Below the pieces are notes generated by a model. The model ran no database searches and was not told where the DNA came from. It saw nothing but the letters and a program-made list of their open reading frames with translations. Below, piece after piece: positions 13,418-26,399 of a DNA stretch of 64,000 bases. A program made the translations under genes and the position numbers. Within the stretch, counting starts at the first letter, position 1, and every line of letters begins with the position of its first letter. This DNA comes from Anaeramoeba ignava BMAN. Its lineage: Eukaryota; Protista; Anaeramoebae. Location: assembly GCA_028826165.1 (NCBI GenBank), contig JAPDFW010000083.1:62001-126000 (forward strand). The letters are read 5' to 3'.

Positions 13418-13905
13418 ATTTTTTTTATTTGAAATGAAAAATGAAAAATGATTTTTGATTTTTGATTTTTTTTCTATTTTTATTTATAAGAATTTGATTT
13501 TAATTTAATTTTAATTTGAATTTGAATTTGAATTTAATTTTAATTTAATTTTGAATTTAATTTTGAATTTAATTTTGAATTTGAATTTGAATTTGAATTT
13601 TGAATTTAATTTTAATTTTGAATTTAATTTTAATTTTGAATTTAATTTTGATTTTGATTTTAATTTTGATTTTGATTTTGATTTTGAATTTGAATTTGAA
13701 TTTGATTTTGAATTTAATTTTGAATTTGAATTTTGAATTTGAATTTTGAATTTGAATTTTAATTTTGAATTTGATTTTGATTTTCAATTCGATTTTGATT
13801 TTGAATTTAATTTTGATTTTGATTTTGAATTTTGAATTTGAATTTTGATTTTCAATTTGAATTTTGATTTTCAATTTGAATTTTGATTTTGATTTTTTTT
13901 GGAAA

Positions 13906-16226
13906 TTATTTGAGTTGATCATCTGTTTCAATATCATCAGATTTTGCCATATCTTTTAATACAGGAAAGGAAAAATTGATTTGTCTTCTATCTCGACATT
14001 CATCAAGTTTACAAGTATATAAACATTGACCATCCAAATCACAACTTTTATTTCTTTTTCTTCCAGGGAATTGATGATAAAATTCGGGCTGAATAGTTGT
14101 TGTATGAATATCATGAGAATGAAAAATAGATTTGATATCTTGAGCAATTTGATGGTAATCAGAATTTGAATCAAGAACAACATGAAGTGTAGCAACAATT
14201 ACTTTTTCTGAGAGTTGCCATAAATGGAAATTATGAATCATAAGCACTCCATTAATATCTTGAATTTTTTTTGTGATTTTTTCAATATTTGCGTTTTCGG
14301 GTGATGCTTGCATTAAAATTTTAAGACTTTGTTTCAATGTTGGATAAGTGTGTTTGAATATGATAATCACTATCACAATTGAGATTGCTGGATCGAAATA
14401 ATATTTTCCTTTGAAATTCCCTTTCCAAATTATTAGTGAGTTTACTATTGCTGCAATTGATGCAAGAAAATCTCCTAATACATGAAGAAATAAAGCATGG
14501 AGATTGAAATCTTCTTTACTTTTTTTTCCTTCTGTTTCTTTGTCGTTGTGTTCGTGTTCGTGTTCGTGTTTGTGCTCTTTTTTGTGTTCGTGTTTGTGTT
14601 CATGACTGTGCCCATGACTGTGCCCATGACTGTGCCCATGATCGTGACCATGACTGTGACCATGATCGTGGCCATGACCTTTATTAATATTGATTTAATT
14701 TTAATTTTAATTTTAATTTTAATTTTGATTTTAATTTTGATTTTAATTTTAATTTTAATTTTAATTTTAATTTTAATATTGATTTTAATTTTAATTTTAA
14801 TATTAATTTTAATGTTGTTTTTAATTTTAATTTTAATTTTAATTTTAATTTTAATATTGATTTTGATTTTAATATTAATTTTAATTTTATTTTAATTTTA
14901 ATTTTAATTTTAATTTTAATTTTAATTTTAATTTTAATTTTAATTTTAATTTTAATATTGATTTTGATTTTAATATTAATTTTAATTTTAATTTTAATTT
15001 TAATTTTAATTTTGATTTTAATTTTGATTTTAATTTTAATTTTAATTTTAATATTGATTTTAATTTTAATTTTAATATTGATTTGAATTTTTACCATGAA
15101 ATATAAAAAGTCCAAGAATATTAACAAGTATTCCAGATGAAGCAACAATTAATAAAAATACTGGATATTTAACTTCTGGTTCTTCAATAAAACGATTAAT
15201 TGATTCAATTACAATACTAAAACAAAGGGCTAACAAAAAAGTAGAATTAACTAATCCACCAACAATTCCAGCTCTTTTCCAGCCATAAGTCATTTTTGTA
15301 CTACATTCCTTTATTGAAATCTATAATAAATTTGAATTAAATATTAAATATTAAATATTAAATTGAATTAGATATTAAATATTAAATTGAATTAGATATT
15401 AAATATTAAATATTAAATTAAATTAAATTGAATTAAATTGAATTAAATATTAAATTGAATATTAAATATTAAATATTAAATTGAATTAAATTGAATTAAA
15501 TTGAATTAAATTGAATTGAATTGAATTAAATTGAATTGAATTGAATTGAATTGAATTAAATATTGAATTAAATTAAATATTAAATTGAATTAAATATTGA
15601 ATTGAATATTAAATATTAAATTTGAATTAAATATTAAATATTGAATTGAATTGAATTGAATTGAATTGAATTGAATTGAATTGAATATTCGAATTTGAGT
15701 TTGAATTAAATATTAAATTAAATATTAAATTAAATTGAATTAAATATTTATTTGGAAATTGAATATTCGAATTTGAGTTTGAATGAAATTGATTTTGAAA
15801 TATTTTATTATTGTTACTTTTGCCATGTAATATCCAATAATAAGTGATAAAAAATCGGATAACATATGAAAAGCATCAGCCATTAAAGCCATTGAATTTG
15901 TAAATATTCCAGTAAAAAGTTCAAGACCAAAAAACAAACCAACTAAAACCATCATAGCAATCATTTTTTTTTTCTTTGCAATAAGTAAAGGATCTGGTTC
16001 TTTTTCTGGTGGTTTTTGAGGAGATTCTGAATCAGATAAATTTTTTGAGTCTAAATCAGAAGCCACTAATTAAAAAAATAAATTAAAATTAAATTAAAAA
16101 AATTAAAATTAAATTAAAAATTAAATTAAAAATTAAATAAAAATTAAATTAAAAAAATTAAATTAAAATTAAAAAAATTAAATTAAAAAATTAACTTGAA
16201 AGTTCAACCCAAGAAGGTGAATCCAT
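13906..16226 (-). CDS. Cation diffusion facilitator zinc transporter (ZnT1/Zrc1/Cot1-like, SLC30)
   Basis: Exons approx. 16226-16196, 16066-15818, 15322-15094, 14679-13906. Motifs SMALMADAFHMLSD, MTYGWKRAGIVGGLVNSTFL, His-rich loop GHGHDHGHSHG.., NLHALFLHVLGD, YFDPAISI, IHNFHLWQLS and IHTTTIQPEF. Confidence 0.93.
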
Positions 16227-16534
16227 TGTAAAAAAAGTTTTAAATGTGTGTAAAAAAAAGTTTTAAATGTGTAAAAGAAAATTTAAGTGTTTGTAAAAAA
16301 AAATTTCGAAAGTTTGTGAAAAGTTTTTAATTGAAAGAAAAACAATATGAAAATAAAAAAAAAGATAAAAAAAAAAATGAAAAAAAAAAATAAATTTTTT
16401 TTTGTTTTTAAAAATGAAATAATAATAAGAAAAATTGTTGTAAAGATTTTCTTGATCAAGAAAATATTCAAAAAAAAAAGAAAAAAAATAAAAGAAGAAA
16501 AAAATGAAAAAAATAAAAGAAAATTGAAAACATA

Positions 16535-19500
16535 TCACCAAAAAGGACACCAACCAATATAACATTGGGATAAATTCTCATAAGAAGTTGCTTGGTCGAT
16601 GAGCCTTTTGATCTGCTCTGAGGTATCAAGAGTTTCATTTGGCTCAAAATCACGACCAGAGAGCTTATTTGAAACTCTTTTAAGAACCTCAAGAGCTTTT
16701 TCGTTAAGAACCTCTGTTTGCTGGAGATGACCAAGTTGATCAAGTTGAGAAGAATCGAAAAAATTAGAAGGATCAGAATTCTTTCTTGGCGAATCAAGAG
16801 GATTAAAAGGTGAAAAATTTGGGGGTTTTGAAGAAAGAATTTCAAGTGGATTTGGGGGTGTATTTATTTGGGGGGATACAGTTGAATTTTTTGAATGGGG
16901 TTGTTGTTGTTGGTTGACAAATTGCCAGGAGAAGAGTGGGTCGTAGACAAAAGCCTCGAGCATTGCCATGAGAGAGTCTTTGTTAGTGCGGAGAATGTCT
17001 AATAGACTTTTGCAGGTGGATTTGAATGTGCCTTCTATACCGGACACTTCCATTGCGTTGACAAGCATTCTTGTGAGACGAAAAGGAATTCTTTCTGGGA
17101 AGATCTGGCGGTGGATGGCAACCTCGAAACAATCGCCGAAATCGATGTGTATGATTTTTCCTGAGAATTTGCTCATCATTATATTTGAAGGATGTCGATC
17201 ACCAAGACCAAGAATATAACCGACCATTGACATGACAGCTAGAGATCTTGTGTAATTTGTCCGCTTGTCAAGCCAGACCTCAGAGTTCTGAGATTTGAGC
17301 CACAGAATGCGGTTGAGATCAAGACCGTTGGTGCTGTGGAGAGCAGAGGAGAAGACTTCGACCTTCTGGATAAGGGAGAGCTTTGTGTAATCAGGAGCCA
17401 TTTGGAGCATAAGTTGGAGTTCGAGATCAGGAACAATATCGTGAGAATCTCGGTACTCTCTGATAAGGTCATGGAGAGTGTCACAATGGGGAACCCAACC
17501 GATCAATCCTGACGAGGGAGAAAGCGGCACAACAGCGTACCGTTGGATCAAGAGATGGCGGGTTGCGTTGGGGAGATCGTGGTGGAGAAGAGTGTTGACA
17601 AGACCGAGAAGTTGCATGACCCGCTCATCTTGGCGAAGATCCTCGTGGCCTTTGAGAAGAAACTGATGCCAGAAAGCATCGCTGCCTTGAAGCTTGAGTT
17701 TGCGTGGTCGTTGCTTTGTTTTGAGAACTGTGATCGATTGCGAAAAACTCTCAATGCGAACCACAGGTGAGTGTATTTTGTATGTTCCTGGAACTGCGAT
17801 TTCTAGATGGTTTGCCGCGTAAAGCTTTGGAGAAACTTGTTTCAGATCAAGTGTTCTCATTGCCGTTATTTCGTCTGTCATTTTTTGCAGAACTTGATAG
17901 AAAAGTTTCCATGATTTTGTCATTACATTTGAATCGTTATTTGATTGTGCCTTTGCGAACCAAGCATGTGCAAACCGCAGATCTGTTCCGTATTCCGCAA
18001 CAAACGCCCGTTCGTGAGGAGTTTCAGGAGGTTTGCGGAGCGCATCTTGGAGTTGTTGGATCAACGACGCAGATTGGTCGTAATCCTCTTCTTCGAAATA
18101 CATTTTTAAAGCCTCATCAATAAATTCTGCTGCTGTTTCTTGCCACAAAACAACAATTCGGATCAATTCCTCGCTTACAAGTTGTGCTTGTTCAACAAGA
18201 TGAGGGAAATGGTGCCGAATTGCTTCCATAATCTTGCTCGCATTGTTGGTAGTGTGCGTGCGAATGCGATGTCGTGTTCGATTATGAATGTTTTCGCTAT
18301 TGCTGTTACTGTCGCTGTTACTGTCACTATCGTTGATTATTATACTAAGATTACTATTAGTATTAGTATTTACATCGGCATTGGCATCGACATTGGCATC
18401 TTGTTGATTGTTCTTGAGTTCGTTGAAATTCTGGAGTTTGCTGCGACTGAGCATCATTCTTGGAGGACTTTCAACCTCGTTGTCATCGCTGAATTCGGAG
18501 AGTGTGTCGTCATTTGGAGGGGAATTGCGCGAGATGGTTGATGAACGCACAGGTGAAATATCGTCTTTGCTTTCGAGAAGAAGAGCATTATCTAGTTGTT
18601 GTTGGTGTCGGATCGCTGTTTTTTCAGCGACTGTGAGAGAATACACAAGACTCTGCGGATGAACCTTGCCAACCTCCACAAGAAGATAGCATATTAGTTC
18701 GTTAACATCGCGTCTAGGGGTATTTATTCGAGCGATTATTTGGGGAATGACTTGGAGCCATGTGTCTATAGGAATTGTGGCGAAGCCCTGTTTGAGAGCG
18801 TGCTTGACATCTGGAATGCGGGCGTAGCGGAACCATAGTGTAAGAAGACGGAGAGTGTCTCTAATTGCCTTTTCGGGGGATGTCAAGGCAATAGCGCGGA
18901 AAAAACCGTTGATGGCAGGAATAAGATGTTTTCTGCGTGTTTCATCGGAAGGAGAAAGTGGCTGAGGATTGTTGCATTCAACAACATCAAAGTGTGCAAA
19001 TGCCCAATAATGCCACGGTTTGGCCCAATCAGGATCCGCTTTTGTGCTCAGCGAGAACGCATGAAGAACCTCGGACATACTGTGTTGAGATGTTCGCGTG
19101 TCAAGAAGTGCAAGTTGCCATTTTCCATGAGTTAAAAAAGCATTTGCTTCCAATCTCCGCAATTTATGTGGTTCGAGAGTGGAATTGTTTGCCAAACTAG
19201 ATATCTGATGTAAACAATGCCGCAATCCAGAGAGTGCTTGATTGTGCTCGTTCGATGACCATAAATGCTCCAAATAACGCAAAGTTGCAAGAGGTTGTGC
19301 TCGAAACGAATTGGAGATTGACGTGCTCCAGCTCTTCATTGAAGACTGAGATGGCATTGATAGAGACATTACCGCTGGCATTGGCGTTGCTTTTGGCTTT
19401 GACAATCCTACAGATGTTAAAACGGATTTTGTCTTCCGCACAACTGATTTTGATTTTGATTTTGTATTTGAATTTGTATTTATATTTAAATTTGTATTTA

Positions 19501-22500
19501 AATTTGTATTTGTATTTGAATTTGTATTTGAATTTAATTTTAAATTTGTATTTAATTTTGAATTTGATGTCAATGTCGATATAAATGTTAAGGATGATTT
19601 TTGCGCAGAAAGATGAAGAGAATCTGGCGGTGATTCTGACAGTGACAAGGAATCAATATTTTTATTGATATTCATATTTGTGTCTGAATGCTCGTTTTTT
19701 GGACCGCGCCAACTATCGGATATTTCCGCAGAGAGATCAAGAATACTTTTGATTGTCTTCTCAGCAAGACGCGGGTTTCCATTCTTCTCGCAGATACGGG
19801 AGAATTTAAGCCAAGCAGAAACATCATCTTTGCGATCCAAAACGGTTGCACGAACAGTAAGGATTCTGAGCCATGCGTCTATGGATTTCTCACAGCCTTT
19901 GAGTCTTTTCTTCCAGGCTCGGAGAATCATTGATCTGCGTGGAGAGCCTTCAGAAGCTTTTTTGAACTCGATAATTTCTTCCAATTCAGAGAGCTGTTGA
20001 ACGCGGACAATTTCTGAATATGCACGAGGATAAGATTCACTGACAAGAGCAGACAGGGAAACAACGAGCATTTCTCTAGCGCGATCGATATGTTTTTGGG
20101 CGAGAACAAATTCGTTACTGTGGACAGCAATAACGGCACGAAGAAAGGCACCTGGAACAGTATTTTCAGAGATGGCGGTTATATGAAGACTCATTTGGTC
20201 CCAATTTCCTGTGACCCAAGCAGCATCTGCAGCAAGAGTGGCGATTGTAACGAGCATTTTTTTATCGGCAATTTTTGATGCTTTATTACTGAGCTCAACA
20301 AGCTTTTCCCATTCACCAAGAGAATGAAGACATCTCATGCGCCCGACCATAAGAGGCACTGAGAGCGGTTCCTCGAGCTGTTTTCGTTCGTAAACCGCAA
20401 GCGCGTCTTCCCATTGGTTGAGTTCTTCGTACCAGCTCTCTTGAAGCTCAATACGGTGGTGTTTTTTTGAGTAGTTGATGATCCCCAATGCCGCGTCTGT
20501 TTGCTGGAGTTTATTCGAGATTGTTACAAGAGCGCCAATTGCGCCTGATGGATCGTTTGCGAACTGGCGTTCTTTATATCTTAATGCTTTTGCATATGCG
20601 TGACATTTTTCGGCAAGTGTTCCAAAAAATTCAATCTTGATCGGCAACGGTCGATCAACATGCTCCATGAATTCTGCGAGATTGAGCAAGGTTTGGAGGA
20701 TGTCTGGTGGGAGTGTTGGTGAGAGAAGCGCAATTTCAAGACTTGCCACAAGCGTGCGTTGTTCCTCTTCGCCAAGCGCGAGCCAGCAACCAAGGAATGC
20801 TGCATTGAAAAGATTTCTTGCCAAAGGATGATGCATTTGTGCGAGTGTTGCGCATGAACGTAGCGCTGGGGAAGGACTTTCTCTGAGAAGTTCAGTGGAG
20901 AATTTTCGTATCCACTCCTCCCAGTCTCCCTTTGTGAGGCAATTCTGGACTTTCCATGCCTCTCTGAGATTATTCTCGTTGATTTTGAGCACAGTGATCA
21001 TTCTTCTGTTAGAAGGCGTTGAATCCACAAATCGCGGATCAACTGCGCCGAGAATATTTTCGCCTAATATTTCAGCATCTGTTGCTGTTGGCCATCCGAT
21101 ATTTGGTTCTTCGGATAAACGTGCAACAATGCTGTCGTGATCTTTGTTTATGATTTGCGAGCGGGAAAGAATGTCTGAAACAACAGGAAGAAAAACTTTA
21201 TAACGATCACCAATTTGTTTTGCAATTTCGCAGAGAAATCTCATCGCCGCATTTTCCACTGCAGTTGTTGTATAAACTGCGAGATGATGATGTGGGACTA
21301 TTTTCTTGGGTTGCAGCACGCGGCATACTGAGTGGATGATCTGCGCACTATAATCTGAGCAATCGAGTCTGCGCGAAATTCTTCGGATGGCATCCGCTGC
21401 GCTGACTCTCACATCTGCAGGTGCGTTTTCATTTTCAAGCACCCCAAGCACAACAGGCACAACAATCTGTAGATACATTTCTAGTGAGTGCCCGAATACT
21501 TCCATGCAGTGCAGAATCTTGTTGGTTGTCTGCAAATTTTCCGATCGATCCGTTTTTATCATGTGAATAAAACGCGGCATTAAACCAGGAAGATATTTCG
21601 AGATTGCGTCCGGAAACGTCAGTGCAATCTCTTCCACAAGAAGAACAATCTGCGCCACAAGTGGTCGCGTCCATTTCTCTGTAATAAGTCCCAGCATCTG
21701 TTCTAGATACGGCTCCACGCGCCGTTTAAATGTATTCACCACTTTGTAAAGTTGTCGAAATACAAACTCCTTCGACATAGAGTCGTATTTTCTAATAACA
21801 CCAAACAACGGCGGCATCACTTGCGGCAAGAATTGTTTTCCATCCTGCTCCAAGTTGCTGAAGATCAGTACCAATGACTGCACCGCTGTCTCGTGGTATG
21901 TACTTCCCAGCGATGGATCTCCAATCACTCGCATCAATGATGTGATCGCAATTTTCGCAAAAAATTCATCTGTTTCCTGCTTTGGAAAGTTCTGCAAAAT
22001 ACTTTGTAACCTCAAATGTATCCTGAATATCTCCCTCATCTTTTTCAGATGGCTTAAATACGTTAGAATGCCAAAATCCAATATATCCCTCATTTGTTTC
22101 TCCATAACCCCCGTAACCCCCAACTGTTACTAATTTCAGTCCCGTTTTGTTTTGTCCTCCGCTTGTTTTATTTGCTTGCTTCTCCTTCTCTTCTCCTCCT
22201 GCGTTTCCTAAATCTTGGCTCTTCTTCAGCGTTTCTTTTTCCTTTTTTCCTTTTATTTTCTCTGCTTTTTCCGGGCTTATAATCATGTTTTCCCGCATTG
22301 TTTCTCCATATCCCATCTTCATTTCTCCACGCATACTCTCTAAAGCAAACTCCCCGCTTTGGATTGTTGTTTTATCTTTTTGTTGGTATGGATCTAGTGC
22401 TCCGACAATACCCATAACTTTTAGTGCTTCTCTTTTGATTCCCATGTCTCTTTCGCTTTTGATTGTTTTGAAAAGTAATGATAATAATCTTGGGAATTTT

Positions 22501-25500
22501 TCGTATGGTTCAACAACGTATCCTGTGCTTTGGATCAGTTGTCCCAATGTGTGAAGAGCAGCCTTTATTTATATTATTTTAAATATTTGATTTAATTTTA
22601 ATTTTAATTTAATTTTAATTTAATTTATTTTGATTTAAATTTAATTTTGATTTCAATTTTAATTTAATTTAATTTTAATTTAATTTTGATTTAATTTTAA
22701 TTTAATTTAATTTAGTTTAATTTTAATTTAATTTAATTTTAATTTTGATTTAATTTTGATTTAATTTTAATTTAATTTGATTAAATTTAATTTAATTTTA
22801 ATTTAATTTTATATATCAAACCTCACGAATTGATAAATTTTGATTTTGTAAAGAATCAAGAAGAAATGGAAAAAGATCATCAACATATTTTTTCAATCTT
22901 GATCCTCCAGCTTCAAATAAAGCCCCAATAACAAGTAATAAATGCTCAGTTACAGTTGGCTCAGAAACATTTAACTGTAATTCTTGATGAAGTTTGGGAA
23001 CAAAAACATTTAAAATAGATTCACAATAAGGAACAACAAGTTGATGAGTTGATTGAATCAAATTAACAATCAAAATAACACTTTGCTCTTTATTAACATA
23101 ATCTTGTGAAAACTCAAATTCTGTAAGTAAAGATATAAGCAATTTTCTTAATACTGGAAGTATAACTCCTGGATTAGATGTCCCAAGTTCTCCTAAAAGA
23201 CGAATTGAGCATTTTCGATTTTTATTTACTTCATCATAAAGTAAAAAGAATAATTTTTGTAATATTTCTGTTTGAAGTAGATGATTATTTATTTCTTGTG
23301 TTCGATATTTGGATAATTTTTTGATTAATCTAGTTCTAATCAAAGGATCTAATTATTTAATTATTATTTTCAAATTTTTAATTTCGAATTTTTAATTTTT
23401 AATTTCAATTTTCATTTTCAAATAATTACCTGGATCTCGAACACAAAGACTCACAATTTCATCTATAATTTCATATAATAACTCAGAATTTTCATTAATG
23501 TTCTTATTAATAACTTGAATACAAACTAAACCTGCCTCTTTTCTTAAAAGTGCATTTTCATGATTAAAAAAAGGTAATATTGAATATCGAAGAAATTTAA
23601 AAAGATCATGTCCTTGAAAATCAAATGTTCTGATTGTTTCAAAAGCAAGGAATGTTTGTTCACTCATATTTTGCTCATTTAAAAAACCAGTTGTTGTGGG
23701 AAGATTTGTTATTTGAGGTTGAATTATCATTTGTTGATCATGAAATAAAGACATGTCATTATATTGTTGCTTTGTAATTATCAAAGAAATCATGTTTAAT
23801 AAACGATGCCGAATTTCAAAAGAAAAAGAAGGCACAAATTGAGCAAGTTCTGATAAAGTATTTGTTAATGTTTGACTTAATGATATTTCAAAAAGGATAT
23901 CTTTTATTTTTGTTTTTTTATTAATAAATAAATTAATAAAAATTAATAAATTAAATTAAAATAAAAAATTAAATTAAATTAAATTAATAAATACCAAGAA
24001 TTTTATATCGACGAATATATTCAGCAATATCGCAAACATGTGATAATTTAGATAAACAAATCATAGATTTTTCGCAATATTGCTTTTTTTTAGGATTCAA
24101 TGAACGCACAATTTTTTTAATAATTTCTTCGGAATATGGTTGGATTTGATTTTCTACAACCTAAATAAATCAAATAACAATTTTAATTTTAATTTTAATT
24201 TTGATTATAATTTTAATTTTAATTTTAATTTTAATTTTAATTTTAATTTTGAATTTAATTATAATTTTAAATTTATTTTTGATTTTGATTTTAATTTTGA
24301 ATTTTAATTTTAATTTTAATTTTAATTTTAATTATAATTATAATTTTAATTTTAATTTTAAATTTAATTTTAATTTTAATTTTAATTTAATTTTAATTTT
24401 AATTTTAATTTTAATTATAATTTTAATTTTGATTTTAATTTTAATTTTAATTTTAATTTTAATTTTAATTTTGATTTTAAATTTAATTTTGATTTTAAAT
24501 TTTAGTTTTTAATTTTAATTATGATTTTTTGAATTTTAATTTTTTTACTTTTAATTTTAATTTTAATTTTAATTTTAATTTTAATTTTTAATTTTAATTT
24601 TAATTTTAATTTTAATTTTAATTTTAAATTTATTTTTGATTTTAATTTTAATTTTGAATTTTGATTATAATTTTAATTTTAATTATAATTATAATTTTAA
24701 TTTTGAATTTTGATTATAATTTCAATTTATTTTTAAATTTTAATTTTTACCAATGTTAATTCTCCAAGTGAATGAAAAATTGTTTTTCGAGAAAGAGTAT
24801 CTCGATTTAATAAAAAGAATAAATGATTGACAGCAGTTTCAAGATATTTCTCAATAAAAAAATTACGTGAAAATTTAGCAAGTAAAGGAATCAAACTTAC
24901 AATAGCCAAACGAATTGATTTTGTTTTTGGAAGTTTTGAACGGAATATTCTTGCGCAAATATCCTCAAAATAACTTTCCATAAAATCACCAGAATGTTTT
25001 AAAAGTTGAGCTAAATTAAAATTAAAATTAAAATTTAAAATTCATTTATAAAATTCATTTATAAAATTTAATTTATTTTTTTTACCAATAACAAGAACAG
25101 AACCATGAATAGAATCAGCATAACTTTGATTAAAATTCTAAAAAATAAAAAAATTTAATAGTAAATCTTATTTAAATTACAAATTCCTTTTTTTTTTTTT
25201 TTTTTTGCAAATTTTTTTGCTTTTTTTTTTTTGATAAAGAAAAAAAAAAAACAAGTGGAAATTTTTTTAATACTTTTTGAACTTCAGAATAAAGAGTAGA
25301 ATAAATTTGAGATCTAGTTTGACTATCACGAGTACTAATCAATTGGAAGCAATTGCCCAAGGACTTTGCAGCAAGTTTCCTAATCTCAATTTTTGGATCA
25401 CTAAGAGCGACCCAAATGACATCAAAATATTCAGAAAGATGAATATTAACAATAGTTGGTGCAGTAATAGACAGTTTTGTAAAGAGAAGAACAGCAGCAT

Positions 25501-25972
25501 ATCTTCGTGATTCGAGCCGATTTTCATGAAGAAACTCGATAGCAAGTCTGATTTGGGAATCAGCAAACTCACTTGACATTGTTCCACCAAATTTTGCCAA
25601 GTTCGAAATAACTTGAGTTGTTTTTTCAATAACCGAAAGTGTGATATTGTGTTTTAATAGAAGATTTTTCAGATGATTCGAAAAACGTGAAACTTTTGAA
25701 GACGGATCTTCATATTTGATTTCTATTAGAACATCAATAAGCAACACTGATATCATCTTGTCAGAATGATCGTTTGAATTAATTAATGTTGATATTATTT
25801 TGTAAACTTCATTCATTAATAAAACAAAGTGTGATCTTGTTGTTTGTTTTTGTTGCCCTTCTATAAAGTGCTTGATTTGTTTTCGTGCTTCTTTCTGTTC
25901 AGATATCGCTTTTTTCTTCAATCCTTGCACCATTTGTGCAATTTTCTCTGATTGATCAGGTTGCAGATCCAT
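16535..25972 (-). CDS. TOR: Target of rapamycin kinase (HEAT-FAT-FRB-PIKK-FATC)
   Basis: Exons approx. 25972-25274, 25138-25086, 25011-24751, 24161-23995, 23901-23430, 23348-22821, 22563-16535. Motifs RRYAAVL, GALDPY, LLRESPSPALRSC, LLNLAEFMEH, FLLKGHEDLRQDERVMQL, YILGLGDRHPSN, HIDFGDCFE and C-terminal CYIGWCPFW. One frame break near 21970. Confidence 0.97.
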
Positions 25973-26399
25973 TTATTTGATTTATATTTATATTTATATA
26001 TTTATATTTATATTTATATTTATATTGGGTTTTTATTTTTTTTTTAAACAAGTTTTGTATTTATTTTTCCTTCTATTTTTGATTTTTAATTTTTGATTTT
26101 TGATTTTTGATTTTTGATAAAATCAAAGAAGGTGTTTTTTTTTTGATTTTGTGTAAAAAAAAAAGTTTATTTAAAAAAAAGAATAAAAAAAAATGAAATT
26201 TTAAAAAATGAAAAAAAAAGTTTTTTTAAAAAAAGAAAAATAAAGAAAAATGAAAAATTCTTATTCTTATTCGTTTTTAGTTTTTAGTTTTTAATTTTTA
26301 GTTTTTATTTTGGATTTGATTAAAGAAAAAAAAATTAAAAATTGTTTGAAATGAGTTATAAAAAAAAAATAAAAGAAAATTAATAAAAAATTGTTGAAT

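Noticed and set aside
18245-18610. Possible intein in TOR (insert contains ..IHN..)
   Set aside because: No N-terminal Cys/Ser block A, HN is followed by Arg rather than C/S/T, there are no LAGLIDADG motifs, and the insert is low-complexity.
16968-22554. Many short + strand ORFs within TOR
   Set aside because: Antisense shadows of a GC-richer coding exon.
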